From Brevundimonas sp. (GTDB lineage Bacteria; Pseudomonadota; Alphaproteobacteria; Caulobacterales; Caulobacteraceae), in the NCBI RefSeq assembly GCF_004210735.1, contig NZ_SDZL01000002.1, positions 16,443-80,442 of the forward strand: DNA of 64,000 bases. The letters run 5' to 3'. Each line of letters opens with the position of its first letter. The stretch's first letter is position 1. The position numbers were made by a program, and so were the translations under genes. Positions 45,443 through 54,993 of this stretch are shown here, piece after piece. Below the pieces are notes generated by a model. That model was given only the letters and a program-made list of their open reading frames with translations, was not told the origin of the DNA and ran no database searches.

Positions 45443-45883
45443 TCACAGCCGTCGCAGCCACCAGACGCACCAGGCGACGGAATAGCCGATCAGCTCGCAG
45501 ATCAGGACGAAATAGCCGCCGCCCAGGATCAGATGCTCCGGCGGCGCGGCCCGGATCGAGGCGGGCAGCACGTCGTGAACAAAGCCGAACGCGATGAGCA
45601 CCGCGGCGGCCAAGCCCATGGCGCAGCTGCCGCCCCACCACCAGGCCCATTTGTGCGCCTCGCGCGCAGCCTCATCGATCTGCCCCCACCACCAGACGCC
45701 GGTCGCCAGGGCCACGGCCATGAAGGCGATGCTGACCCCGCCCATCCGCAGCAGGTCCGAACTGTCGACGTCGTGCAGCATCCCCATGGCGACACCGGCC
45801 AGGGCGCCCAGGATCAGGGTGGCCACCACTACGACGCCAAAGGCGACGGGTCCGGAGGTGCGGGGCAGAAATCTGGAGGGCAT
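45443..45883 (-). CDS. hypothetical four-TM membrane protein, co-oriented just upstream of the HTH gene
   Basis: 146 aa with four hydrophobic segments; 10-nt gap to the HTH gene. Confidence 0.6.
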   Translation of the reverse strand: MPSRFLPRTSGPVAFGVVVVATLILGALAGVAMGMLHDVDSSDLLRMGGVSIAFMAVALATGVWWWGQIDEAAREAHKWAWWWGGSCAMGLAAAVLIAFGFVHDVLPASIRAAPPEHLILGGGYFVLICELIGYSVAWCVWWLRRL

Positions 45884-45959
45884 GAAAGGCGCTCGCGGCT
45901 AAATGACAATGACGCTTTACATCAGTCAAGGCCTTCGTGTCAAGCAACCTTTCCTTTGA

Positions 45960-47174
45960 TCAGTCTCCGGCGGGCAGAAGCTCGGGGCGGCTCAGGGTGC
46001 GCGGCGACTGTTCGACAGCGGGCAGTTCGGGCAGATCCTTGCCCTCGTGGTCAACCTGCAGGTCCTCGAACCGCCGGGCCGAGACCATGACCTGGCTCTC
46101 CAACGAGCCGACGAACTGGTTGTATTTGCCGACGGCGGTCTCCAGCGCGCGGCCCACGGCGGCGGCGTGGCCGCCCATGACTGACAGGCGCTTGTAAAGC
46201 TCCTTGCCCAGCTTCGCGACGTCCTCGGCGTTCCGGGCCTGCTCCTCGGCGCGCCAGCCATAGGCGACCGCCTTGCACAGGGCGAACAATGTGGTCGGCG
46301 TCACGATGACGACGCGCGACGCCATGGCCTGAGTCATCAGGTCCGGCTCATGATCCAGGGCGGCGGCCAGGAAGGCGTCACCGGGCACGAACATGGCGAC
46401 GAAGTCGGGGCTGGGCTTGAACTGGTCCTGATAGGCCTTGGACGACAGCTGGCGGACGTGGGTCTTCATGCTCGCGGCGGTGCGCAGCGACATGGCGCGG
46501 GCCTGCGCCTCCTCGTCACCGTCCGCCTCGTCGGCAAAGGCCAGCGACACCTTGGCGTCGATCACGAACATGCCGCCGCCCGGCAGTTTGACGACGAAGT
46601 CCGGCCGCTGCTGGCGCCCCTCTTCGGTGGCCGAGGAGTTCTGCTCCTCGAAATCGAAGCGACCCGCCATGCCGGCGGCCTCCAGCACATTCCGGCAGGT
46701 CTGCTCGCCCCAGCGGCCCCGGCGCCCGGTATTGCCCTTCAGCGCCTCGGTCAGGCGGCGCGCCTCGTCACGGGTGGCGGTCGAGGCGGCCATCAACAGC
46801 CCCAGTTGCTCCTTCAGCCCACCGGTCTCCTCGGCGCGGGCCTTTTCCAGTGCGGTGACATGGGCCTGGAACTGGCTCAGCGTCTCGGCGACGGGTTTCA
46901 GCTGCGCTTCCATCCGCTCACGCGCGACGCGGTCCTGGGCCTGGAAGGTCTCGGTCGCACGGGCCACCAGCTTGGTCGCCACCGCCTCGGCCGACTGCGC
47001 CGCCTGGGCTTTCAGGAATTCGCCCATGGCGTCGCGGCTCTCTTCCATCAGCGCCAGCCGATGGTCCGCCGTCGCCAGTTCGCCCCGCGTCCGCTGCCAG
47101 CCCATGAAGGCCCAGACAAAACCGCCCCCGGCGACAACCGCGACGACCAGCAGGATCAGTTCAAGCGTGTTCAT
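45960..47174 (-). CDS. rmuC: DNA recombination protein RmuC
   Basis: 404 aa; N-terminal TM, coiled coil, and C-terminal RmuC nuclease-like domain (PDFVVKLPGG, FIDAKVSL, FVAMFVPGD). Confidence 0.85.
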   Translation of the reverse strand: MNTLELILLVVAVVAGGGFVWAFMGWQRTRGELATADHRLALMEESRDAMGEFLKAQAAQSAEAVATKLVARATETFQAQDRVARERMEAQLKPVAETLSQFQAHVTALEKARAEETGGLKEQLGLLMAASTATRDEARRLTEALKGNTGRRGRWGEQTCRNVLEAAGMAGRFDFEEQNSSATEEGRQQRPDFVVKLPGGGMFVIDAKVSLAFADEADGDEEAQARAMSLRTAASMKTHVRQLSSKAYQDQFKPSPDFVAMFVPGDAFLAAALDHEPDLMTQAMASRVVIVTPTTLFALCKAVAYGWRAEEQARNAEDVAKLGKELYKRLSVMGGHAAAVGRALETAVGKYNQFVGSLESQVMVSARRFEDLQVDHEGKDLPELPAVEQSPRTLSRPELLPAGD

Positions 47175-47218
47175 GCTCCGTTCCTAGACGGAGTCGCGCC
47201 CTGTTGGAAGGTTCGCCT

Positions 47219-47836
47219 CTAGGCCGGCCGTCTGGCTCGCAGCGCCTGAACGATGGTGCCGTCGTCCAGCCAGTCCAGTTCGCCGCCGACCGGCACGCCG
47301 CGCGCCAGACTGGTCACTTCGACCCCGGCGGCCGACAGGCGTTCGGCCAGATAGTGGGCCGTGGTCTGGCCGTCGACGGTGGCGGGCAGGGCCAGAACGA
47401 CCTCCCGCGCCTGGCCGCTCCCCCTCTCGCCGCCTTTGACGCGGCCGATCAGCTCGGCGATCCGCAGCTGTTCCGGCCCGACGCCGTCCAGCGCCGACAG
47501 CAGGCCGCCCAGCACATGGTATTTGCCACGAAAGGCGCCCGACCGCTCCATCGCCCACAGGGCGCCCGCTTCCTCGACCACGCAGATCAAGGCGTTGTCG
47601 CGCGCGCCGTCGGCACAGATGGAGCAGGGATCGCGCGTATCCGGCGCGCCGCAGACCGAACAGCTGACGACCTTCTCGGCCGTCTCGGCCAGGGACGCCG
47701 CCAGCGGGACCAGCAGTTGCTCGCGCCGTTTCAGCAGCGCCAGCGCCGCGCGCCGGGCCGAGCGCGGGCCCATGCCCGGCAGCTTGGCCAGCAGGCTGAT
47801 GAGCCGTTCGATTTCCGGCCCGGCGGACGCAGCCAT
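47219..47836 (-). CDS. recR: recombination protein RecR
   Basis: 205 aa from [29 protein letters not shown]; C4 zinc finger CSVCG...CSIC; Toprim domain. Confidence 0.93.
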   Translation of the reverse strand: MAASAGPEIERLISLLAKLPGMGPRSARRAALALLKRREQLLVPLAASLAETAEKVVSCSVCGAPDTRDPCSICADGARDNALICVVEEAGALWAMERSGAFRGKYHVLGGLLSALDGVGPEQLRIAELIGRVKGGERGSGQAREVVLALPATVDGQTTAHYLAERLSAAGVEVTSLARGVPVGGELDWLDDGTIVQALRARRPA

Positions 47837-48165
47837 CAGAAGAGTTTCGGCATTCCCGGGATGTTCATCCCGGCCATCGGCCCGGCGGCCTCGCGCATCA
47901 GGGCGCTGTTGATTTCGTCCAGCTTGCGCTTGGCGTCCGCATGGGCCGCGACAATCAGATCGGCCAGGATCTCGGTCTCGCCGGGGACCATCAGGCTGTC
48001 GTCGATCTTCACCGACGTCACTTCGCCCGGCCCCTTGAGCGCCAGGGTCACCAGACCGCCGCCCGAGGTGCCCTCGGCGGTGGTTTCGGCCATTTTCGCC
48101 TGGGCGTCCTGCAGCTTTTGCTGCATCGCCTGGGCCTGCTGCATCAGGGCGTTGAGATCTTTCAT
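47836..48165 (-). CDS. ybaB: YbaB/EbfC family nucleoid-associated protein
   Basis: 109 aa [19 protein letters not shown]...; stop overlaps the recR start (TGATG). Confidence 0.92.
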   Translation of the reverse strand: MKDLNALMQQAQAMQQKLQDAQAKMAETTAEGTSGGGLVTLALKGPGEVTSVKIDDSLMVPGETEILADLIVAAHADAKRKLDEINSALMREAAGPMAGMNIPGMPKLF

Positions 48166-48331
48166 GTGCCCTAGATAGGCCGAACGCCGCGCCCGCTCCA
48201 GACCCTGATCGACCTTGCCGACACCCGTCGTCATCATTTGCAACAGTTTTTGTGTCTGATGGGGTTGAACCGCACCAGAAATCTCCCATTTTGCAACATA
48301 ATCAGTTGCTGTTTGATCTGGAGGATTTCCC

Positions 48332-48946
48332 ATGGCCTTTGACGCCCTGCCCGCCCGCGATGTCGCGGTGTCCAAACCCGTTCTGGCCCAGCTGTTCACC
48401 GAGGCGCGGACCCGCAACGCCTGGTCGGACCGACCGGTGTCCGAGGCCCTGATCCGCCAGTTGTACGACCTGACCAAATTCGGCCCGACGGCGGTCAACA
48501 TGACCCCCGCCCGCCTGGTCTTCGTGACGTCGCAGGCCGCCAAGGACCGCCTGATCCCGCTGATGAGCGAAGGCAATCAAGCCAAGACGCGCCAGGCGCC
48601 GGTCAACGTCATCATCGGCTATGACATCGACTTCCACGACACCCTGCCGCAGCTGTTCCCGCACGCGCCGGGCGCCCGCGACTGGTTCGCCGACGAGGCC
48701 GGCCGCCGGGAAGCCGCCTTTCGCAACTCATCGCTACAGGGCGGCTATCTGACGATTGCCGCGCGGGCCCTGGGCCTGGATGTTGGGCCGATGTCCGGCT
48801 TCGATACGGCCTCGGTGAAGGCCGAGTTCTTCCCCGAGGGGAACATCGAGCCGAACTTCATCATGAACATCGGCTACGGCACGGACGAGAACCTGTTCCC
48901 CCGTTCGCCTCGCCTCGACTTCGATCAGGCGGCGAAGATTCTCTAG
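48332..48946 (+). CDS. RutE-family malonic semialdehyde reductase / nitroreductase
   Basis: 204 aa, matching E. coli RutE as recalled from memory along most of its length ([58 protein letters not shown]). Confidence 0.85.
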   Translation: MAFDALPARDVAVSKPVLAQLFTEARTRNAWSDRPVSEALIRQLYDLTKFGPTAVNMTPARLVFVTSQAAKDRLIPLMSEGNQAKTRQAPVNVIIGYDIDFHDTLPQLFPHAPGARDWFADEAGRREAAFRNSSLQGGYLTIAARALGLDVGPMSGFDTASVKAEFFPEGNIEPNFIMNIGYGTDENLFPRSPRLDFDQAAKIL

Positions 48947-50817
48947 TCCTCGTCGTCCACGTCGCCGTCGTCGGGGATGGCGGGCATTTCGACCGACGGC
49001 GCCAGCGTCTTGATCTCGCCCAGGGTCGCGCCGGGGAAGGCCGTCATGATCGACACGACAAAGGGGTCCGCCTCGATCGCCGCGCGGCGGGCGACGCGAG
49101 CCTTCTTTTCCTGTTCGATCAGGGTCTCGCCGCCGCCCTGGCCGTTGGCGGCGATCAGCCAGGTGCGGCCCGTCCAGTCCGTGAGCCGTCCGGCCAGCCG
49201 CCGCGCCAGATCGTGCGGCGCGCCCTGGGCGGGCTCATAGGTGATGGCGCCGGGTCGGAAGGCGACCGGCTTCACATAGCGTTCGACATCCAGTTGCAGC
49301 GTGATCTCGCGCTTCTGACCGATCAGGGCGACCACCGCCTCGAACGTCTGGGGATCGGGCAGGGCCGGTTGGGCGATGGGTCGGGCCGCCAGCGCCGCCG
49401 AAGCGCCGCCGCCGCCGCGCGGCGCGGCGGAACCACCCCCGCCCACCGGTGAACCGCCAGACTGGATCGCCTTCAGCGCCTCTTCCGGCCCGGGCAGGTC
49501 GGCGGCGTAGGCCAGCCGCACGATCGCCATCTCCACCGCATCGGCGGGATTGGGCGCGCGCCGCACCTCGTCCAGCGCCTTTAGCAGCATCTGCCAGGTG
49601 CGCGATAACGTCCCGGCCGAGATGGCCGCCCCCAGCGCCGCCAGCTTCTGCGCCTGATCATTCGGCAGGCGGGTCGCGTTCGGCCCCAGCATCTTGGCCA
49701 CCGAGGCCGCGTGGCAATGCTCCAGCAGGTCGTTGGTCACCTGCACCGGATCGGCGCCATAGCCGTACAGGGTGCGGAAACTCTCCAGCGCCTCGGGCGT
49801 CTTGCCCGCCATCACCTGTTCGAACAGGGCGATGGTCTGGGTCCGGTCGGCCAGACCCAGCATGTCGCGAACGACCGTCGTCTGGACGATCTCGCCGCGC
49901 TCGCCCTGCACCAGCGCCTGATCCAGCAGCGACAGGCCGTCGCGCACCGATCCCTCGGCCGCGCGTGAGATAAGGGCCAGCGCCTCCTGCTCGATCTTCA
50001 TCCCCTCGCGGTCGGCGACGCGCGACAGGTGCTCGACCAGAACCTCGGGCTCAACCCGGCGCAGATCAAAACGTTGGCAGCGGCTCAGGATCGTCACCGG
50101 CACCTTGCGGATCTCGGTGGTGGCGAAGATGAACTTCGCGTGGGGCGGCGGCTCTTCCAGCGTCTTCAGCAGGGCGTTGAACGCCTGCGTCGACAGCATG
50201 TGGACCTCGTCCAGCACATAGACCTTGTAGCGCGCATCAACCGGGGCGTAGCGGACGCTCTCGATGATGTCGCGGATGCCGTCGATGCCGGTGTGGGACG
50301 CGGCGTCCATCTCGACCACGTCCATGTGCTGGCCCGCCATGATGGCGGCGTCATGCTTGCCGTGGGCGGTCAGCTCCAGCGAGGGCCGGTCGATGACGTC
50401 GGTTTCGTTGTTCAGCGCCCGGGCCAGCAGGCGCGCCGTCGTCGTCTTGCCGACCCCCCGCACGCCGGTCAGCATGAAGGCGTGGGCGATCCGGCCGGTG
50501 GCGAAGGCGTTGGTCAGGGTGCGGACCATCGCCTCCTGACCGATCAGGTCCTCAAACGTACGCGGCCGATATTTGCGCGCCAGCACGGTGTAGGCGGCGC
50601 CGTCTTCGGCCGGGGCGGGCTCAGCCGCCGCCTGGGTCGGAACGGCCTTGGCGGGGGCAACGGGCTTCGTAGCGGGCTCGGACGCGACGACGGCTTCAGG
50701 CTCCGGCGCGGCAGGCGGCGCGCCGAACATGTCGTCGGTGTTGGGGTCGCGCTCCTCGACTTCGGGCGCGTCCTCCTCCCACGGGGGACCATCGAGACTC
50801 GGATCGGCGTCGCTCAT
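48943..50817 (-). CDS. dnaX: DNA polymerase III subunit gamma/tau
   Basis: 624 aa; [15 protein letters not shown], Walker [20 protein letters not shown]. About 75-aa acidic/Pro-Ala N-terminal extension. Confidence 0.93.
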   Translation of the reverse strand: MSDADPSLDGPPWEEDAPEVEERDPNTDDMFGAPPAAPEPEAVVASEPATKPVAPAKAVPTQAAAEPAPAEDGAAYTVLARKYRPRTFEDLIGQEAMVRTLTNAFATGRIAHAFMLTGVRGVGKTTTARLLARALNNETDVIDRPSLELTAHGKHDAAIMAGQHMDVVEMDAASHTGIDGIRDIIESVRYAPVDARYKVYVLDEVHMLSTQAFNALLKTLEEPPPHAKFIFATTEIRKVPVTILSRCQRFDLRRVEPEVLVEHLSRVADREGMKIEQEALALISRAAEGSVRDGLSLLDQALVQGERGEIVQTTVVRDMLGLADRTQTIALFEQVMAGKTPEALESFRTLYGYGADPVQVTNDLLEHCHAASVAKMLGPNATRLPNDQAQKLAALGAAISAGTLSRTWQMLLKALDEVRRAPNPADAVEMAIVRLAYAADLPGPEEALKAIQSGGSPVGGGGSAAPRGGGGASAALAARPIAQPALPDPQTFEAVVALIGQKREITLQLDVERYVKPVAFRPGAITYEPAQGAPHDLARRLAGRLTDWTGRTWLIAANGQGGGETLIEQEKKARVARRAAIEADPFVVSIMTAFPGATLGEIKTLAPSVEMPAIPDDGDVDDED

Positions 50818-50870
50818 GCCCCTGTCTTAACGCGAGAGGGCGCAACTGCGCACCCCCTCGCGACGCGCGC

Positions 50871-51260
50871 CTACAGATCGCTGGGGATTTGCCCGCCGTT
50901 ATCGCGAATCTTCTGAATCACCTGCTGGTGCAGCCAGATGTTCATGGCCGCGCTGTCGGACTTGTCGCCCGTATAGCCCAGTTCGTCCGCCAACTGCTTG
51001 CGCTCGGCCAGCGAGCTCTCAAAGCCCAGCAGCTTCATCAGATCGACGATCGAGGTGCGCCAGTTCAGCTTCTGGTCCCGCTGATCATTCATGAAGTCCA
51101 GAATGCCGGCGACATCGACGTTCTCGATCGTCGGCGCAGGCTGGGCCGCAGGCGCGGCTGCCGGGGTCGCCGACGGCGCCGCCGGAGCCGGAGCTGCGGG
51201 GGTCGCGGGCGCGCTCTTCTTCTTGAAGATGCCGCCAAGGATATTGCCGAGGATGCTCAT
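50871..51260 (-). CDS. DUF3597 domain-containing protein
   Basis: 129 aa MSILGNILGGIFKKK... with a Pro/Ala linker and a conserved C-terminal domain; AGGAG RBS. Confidence 0.7.
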   Translation of the reverse strand: MSILGNILGGIFKKKSAPATPAAPAPAAPSATPAAAPAAQPAPTIENVDVAGILDFMNDQRDQKLNWRTSIVDLMKLLGFESSLAERKQLADELGYTGDKSDSAAMNIWLHQQVIQKIRDNGGQIPSDL

Positions 51261-51385
51261 GGGTCGCTCCTGTGTCCGAAGCGACAGGAGCGGTCGAACC
51301 GGTGTGACGGTTCCGAATACAGGGAGCACAAACGCGCTCAGGCAGTCCGACACCGCGTGTCGGACGATAGCGCCCTGACAATAAA

Positions 51386-51484
51386 GGAGGTGGAGACCGC
51401 GACCCGAAGGTGAATTCGTTGTGGCTGCTGCCTTCCGGCCCTGACCAGATTGGCGAAGCCTTCGCCCGCGATCTCCGAGAGGGG
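51386..51484 (-). ncRNA. ffs: signal recognition particle RNA (4.5S, small bacterial type); ends approximate
   Basis: Minus strand contains the domain IV core GGUCAGGGCCGGAAGGCAGCAGCCACA. This is flanked by pairing arms GGAGAUCGCG / CGCGGUCUCC and CGAAGG / CCUUCG, forming one long hairpin. Confidence 0.8.
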
Positions 51485-51508
51485 ATATGACCGTCCCGGC
51501 CGCCGGAA

Positions 51509-51868
51509 TCAAGACTCGCCGTTGCACACGAGGGATTCCACCCGCATCGGCGTGGGGTTGTAGACGACGTGGATCACGCCGCAGCCGCCGTCCAGCACGT
51601 CATAGGGCGGCGGTCCGGGCAACAGGACGCGCCCCGCCTCCAGCCCCTGAACCATCGACGGCTGCACCAGAAGGCCGTGCAGCAGGTGTCCGTCCATCCA
51701 CCAGGCGCGGGCGTAGCTGTCCATCGGATCGGAGCCGGTCGGCAGGACCAGGCTCTGCTCCAGACGTTCAATCGTCGGCTTGAACGCCTCGACCCACGAG
51801 GTGGGGGTCCACGGCGCCGGTTCGGTCAATGACTGGCTCATGAGGGCGGCGATAAGAGCGGAACGCAT
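51509..51868 (-). CDS. hypothetical protein
   Basis: 119 aa ORF divergent from nudC with GC-rich third positions; no family recognised. Confidence 0.45.
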   Translation of the reverse strand: MRSALIAALMSQSLTEPAPWTPTSWVEAFKPTIERLEQSLVLPTGSDPMDSYARAWWMDGHLLHGLLVQPSMVQGLEAGRVLLPGPPPYDVLDGGCGVIHVVYNPTPMRVESLVCNGES

Positions 51869-51904
51869 ATGGGCCTATCCTGTCCGGCGGTGCTATCAGG
51901 CGTC

Positions 51905-52843
51905 ATGGTTCTTTCTCCCGTCAACACCTTCGCCGGCAATCCGCTGGATCGCGCCGGTGACCTGCGCAACGACGCGGCCTGGCTGGCCGAGCAGGAGGCC
52001 AATCCCGAGGCGCTGGCCATGGTGCTGTGGGAAGGGAGCCCGCTGATTGAGGACGGTCCCGATGGCCCTCGTCTGGCCTGGCTGTCCTTGGCCCATGCGC
52101 GTGACATGGTTCCCGATCGTGACCTGTATCTGGGCCAGTGGAAGAACGCACCGGTGTTCGCCGTCGAGTTCGAAGGGTCCATCGATCCCGGCAGCGGCCC
52201 GCTCGCGGGTCTGGGCGTGTTTCATGACATGCGAACGGCGGCCAGCCTGCTGCCGGGACCCGAAGCGGCGATGGCAGGCGGGGCCAAGAGTCTGTTCGAC
52301 TGGCGACGTCGGCACGGCTTCTGCGCCGCCTGCGGTCAGGCCAGCGAGACCGCGAGCGGCGGCTGGAAGCGGATCTGCCCCGCCTGCGCGACCGAACATT
52401 TCCCGCGCGTCGATCCTGTCACCATCATGCTGATCGTGCACAGGGGCCCGGAGGGCGAGCGCGCCCTGCTGGGCCGTCAGGCGGCCTGGCCCGAGGGCCG
52501 GATGTCGGCCCTCGCCGGTTTCCTGGAGCCCGGGGAATCGATCGAGGAAGCCTGCGCCCGCGAGGTGAAGGAAGAGGCCGGCCTGAACGTCACCGCGGTG
52601 CGCTATCATTCCAGCCAGCCCTGGCCCTTCCCGTCGCAACTGATGATCGGCCTGATCGCCCGGGTCGATTCCGACGACGCGCGCCCGGACCAGACGGAAC
52701 TGGAATCCGTCGCCTGGCTGACCCGCGACGAGATGCGCGCCGTGCTGGCGGACACCCACGCCATCAAGCCGCCGCCGCCCATCGCCATCGCCCGCACCCT
52801 GATGCAGGCATGGGTGGACGACCAGGATCAGTCCAGCTTGTAG
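51905..52843 (+). CDS. nudC: NAD+ diphosphatase (NADH pyrophosphatase) NudC
   Basis: Zinc ribbon CAACGQ...CPACATEHFPRVDP followed by a Nudix box (GFLEPGESIEEACAREVKEEAG). Start is ATG 51905 or 51869. Confidence 0.88.
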   Translation: MVLSPVNTFAGNPLDRAGDLRNDAAWLAEQEANPEALAMVLWEGSPLIEDGPDGPRLAWLSLAHARDMVPDRDLYLGQWKNAPVFAVEFEGSIDPGSGPLAGLGVFHDMRTAASLLPGPEAAMAGGAKSLFDWRRRHGFCAACGQASETASGGWKRICPACATEHFPRVDPVTIMLIVHRGPEGERALLGRQAAWPEGRMSALAGFLEPGESIEEACAREVKEEAGLNVTAVRYHSSQPWPFPSQLMIGLIARVDSDDARPDQTELESVAWLTRDEMRAVLADTHAIKPPPPIAIARTLMQAWVDDQDQSSL

Positions 52844-53289
52844 ACCTTGGCCTGGCTCAGGCAGGTCGCGGCGCCGCAGGCGGTCATGCCCAGGGTGGCG
52901 CGAAAGCCCGCGCCCGGCTCCGCCTGGAAGGTTACGACCGGGGTATCGTCGTCCAGAATGTCCTGGCCCACCAGTTCGCCATCGGCGGTGGTCAGGCGGA
53001 TATCCAGATCGCCGCACGATTCATCGCAAACGCCCACGATCATGTAGGAGCCGCCGGCCACCTCGAAATCCAGATCGCCCGTCGTGCCCTGCGCCAGCTG
53101 ATGGCCACCGGCGACCTCTTCGGCCGGATCGATCTGGTGCTCGGTGCGAACGGCCTCCTCGACCTTGGCGAACAGGGCGTCCAGCAGCGCCTGACCGGCC
53201 AGTTGCGCCGGCTGGGCCGACGGGGCGGCCGACTGAGGCGCAACCGCCAGAGACAGGGCGGCAAGGGCGGCGGCGAAAACTGTGGTCAT
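52828..53289 (-). CDS. hypothetical secreted protein
   Basis: 153 aa from MTTVFAAALAALSLAVAP (signal peptide); four Cys; convergent 16-nt overlap with the nudC end; part of the long spurious track ORF 52828..54177. Confidence 0.55.
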   Translation of the reverse strand: MTTVFAAALAALSLAVAPQSAAPSAQPAQLAGQALLDALFAKVEEAVRTEHQIDPAEEVAGGHQLAQGTTGDLDFEVAGGSYMIVGVCDESCGDLDIRLTTADGELVGQDILDDDTPVVTFQAEPGAGFRATLGMTACGAATCLSQAKVYKLD

Positions 53290-53375
53290 GGGACCCTCCA
53301 ATCGTAGGAATCCCGTTTGGCACATCGCCGGATCGCAGGGGGAAACCGTGCGTCCAGCTTGCGACCAGTTGCGGT

Positions 53376-54098
53376 TCAGGCCAGCGCGCGCGCCGCCTCC
53401 AGATCGGCCGGATTGTCCACGGACAGGGGGGCGGTTTCGATGACGGCGGCCCAGATCTGCAGACCCATCTCCAGCGCCCGCAACTGCTCCAGCTTCTCGC
53501 GCTGCTCCAGCGGCGACGGGGCGGCGGCGCAGAATTGCATCAGCGCCTCGCGGCGATAGCCGTACAGGCCGATATGGCGCCACACCGGCCCGTCGCCGTA
53601 CAGGGTCGAGCGGGTGAAATAGAGGGCGCGGCCGTGATCGACGCCCGGCGCCAGGCTCAGCACCGCCTTCACCACATCCGGGTTGCTTCGGTCCGACACG
53701 TCGCTTTCTGCCGCCACCAGGGTCGCGATGTCGCAGGCCGGTTCCCGTTCCAGCAGTTGGGCGCACGAGCGGGCCAGATCCGGATCGGCGAACGGCATGT
53801 CGCCCTGAAGATTGATGATCGCCTCGTGCACGCCCTCGGGGTCGATGGCCTCGACCGCCGCGCGGATGCGGTCCGAACCGCTGGGCAGGGCCGGATCGGT
53901 CAGCACCGCCTGGCCCCCCGCCGCCTGAACGGCCTCGACGATCTCGGGATCGCCTGCCGCCACGGCGACGCGGAAGCCGGACTTCATCGCCTGTTCCCAG
54001 GCCCGCACGATCATCGGCTTGCCGCCGATATCCGCCAGCGGCTTGCCCGGCAGACGGGTCGCGGCCATGCGAGCGGGTATCAATATCAACGGATTCAT
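53376..54098 (-). CDS. kdsB: 3-deoxy-manno-octulosonate cytidylyltransferase
   Basis: 240 aa; LILIPARMAATRLPGKPLADIGGKPMI and NLQGDMP motifs. Confidence 0.93.
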   Translation of the reverse strand: MNPLILIPARMAATRLPGKPLADIGGKPMIVRAWEQAMKSGFRVAVAAGDPEIVEAVQAAGGQAVLTDPALPSGSDRIRAAVEAIDPEGVHEAIINLQGDMPFADPDLARSCAQLLEREPACDIATLVAAESDVSDRSNPDVVKAVLSLAPGVDHGRALYFTRSTLYGDGPVWRHIGLYGYRREALMQFCAAAPSPLEQREKLEQLRALEMGLQIWAAVIETAPLSVDNPADLEAARALA

Positions 54099-54240
54099 CG
54101 GCTTCTCGACGTCCTGCGACGCCCGGACGTGTCCGGGCCGGTTGCGAAGGTCGCGCTAGCGTGTAAGAGACGCCCACGCAAGGATACGCCCGAGCGCCGC
54201 CTGCGCGGCCAGGGCCTCAGAGACGGGATGCGACGACGCG

Positions 54241-54933
54241 ATGAGCGGCGATCTGAAGTTGAACAAGATCATGGGCGCGGGCCTGGCGACGGCTTTCGTC
54301 ATCCTGGTGGTCCAGCAGGTGTCTGGCGCGGTCTATCACACCAAGGCCCCTGAAAAGATGGGCTACTTCGTTGATGCGCCGGACGAGGCTGCGGCGGGCG
54401 CCGAAGTCGTTCTGCCGACCGACTGGGGCACGGTCCTGCCGGTCGCCGACGTGGCCGCCGGCCAGGCCGCCTTCGCGCGCTGCCAGGCCTGCCACACCGT
54501 CAACTCGGGCGGCGCGGACGGCATCGGTCCGAACCTGTTCGGCGTCGTTGGCGGCCCGGTCATGCACCGCGCGGGCTTCGCCTATTCGGACGCCATGTCC
54601 AAGCACAAGGCCGAGGCGCCGACCTGGGGCTATGACGAGCTGGATCATTTCCTGACCGCACCGGGCCGCTATGTTCCGGGCACCAAGATGTCGTTCGCCG
54701 GCATCCGCGACACCAACACCCGCACCAACCTGATCGCCTGGCTGCGCCAGCAAGGCTCGGGCGGTTACGCCGTTCCGGCGCCGGATCCCGCGCGCCAGCC
54801 GGGCGCCGTCGCGCCGGCCGAGGGTGCGGTTCCGGCCGAAGGCGCCGCCGCCACCGAAGCAGGCTCGGCTCCGGCTCCCGAAGCCGCCGCCCCGGCCACG
54901 ACCGAAACGACCACGCCGTCGGCCGACCACTAG
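54241..54933 (+). CDS. membrane-anchored c-type cytochrome (CycM-like)
   Basis: N-terminal TM anchor; haem site CQACH; class I cytochrome c fold (GPNLFGVVG, GTKMSFAG); Ala/Pro-rich tail. Confidence 0.85.
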   Translation: MSGDLKLNKIMGAGLATAFVILVVQQVSGAVYHTKAPEKMGYFVDAPDEAAAGAEVVLPTDWGTVLPVADVAAGQAAFARCQACHTVNSGGADGIGPNLFGVVGGPVMHRAGFAYSDAMSKHKAEAPTWGYDELDHFLTAPGRYVPGTKMSFAGIRDTNTRTNLIAWLRQQGSGGYAVPAPDPARQPGAVAPAEGAVPAEGAAATEAGSAPAPEAAAPATTETTTPSADH

Positions 54934-54957
54934 GACCTTCGGACATTCGATTATGGG

Positions 54958-54988
54958 AAGGGCGGCCTGCGGGCCGCCTTTTCTGTTT
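54958..54988 (+). terminator. rho-independent terminator after the cytochrome c gene
   Basis: AAGGGCGGCC-TGCG-GGCCGCCTT hairpin followed by TTCTGTTT. Confidence 0.7.
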
Positions 54989-54993
54989 GGGGT

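Noticed and set aside
48943-50817. Search for a dnaX programmed frameshift site (A-rich slippery heptamer plus hairpin) and assessment of the N-terminal 75-aa extension
   Set aside because: No A AAA AAG-type slippery run is visible in the gene. The acidic/Pro-Ala N-terminal extension appears to be ordinary low-complexity sequence, and I cannot show that it is unusual for this clade.
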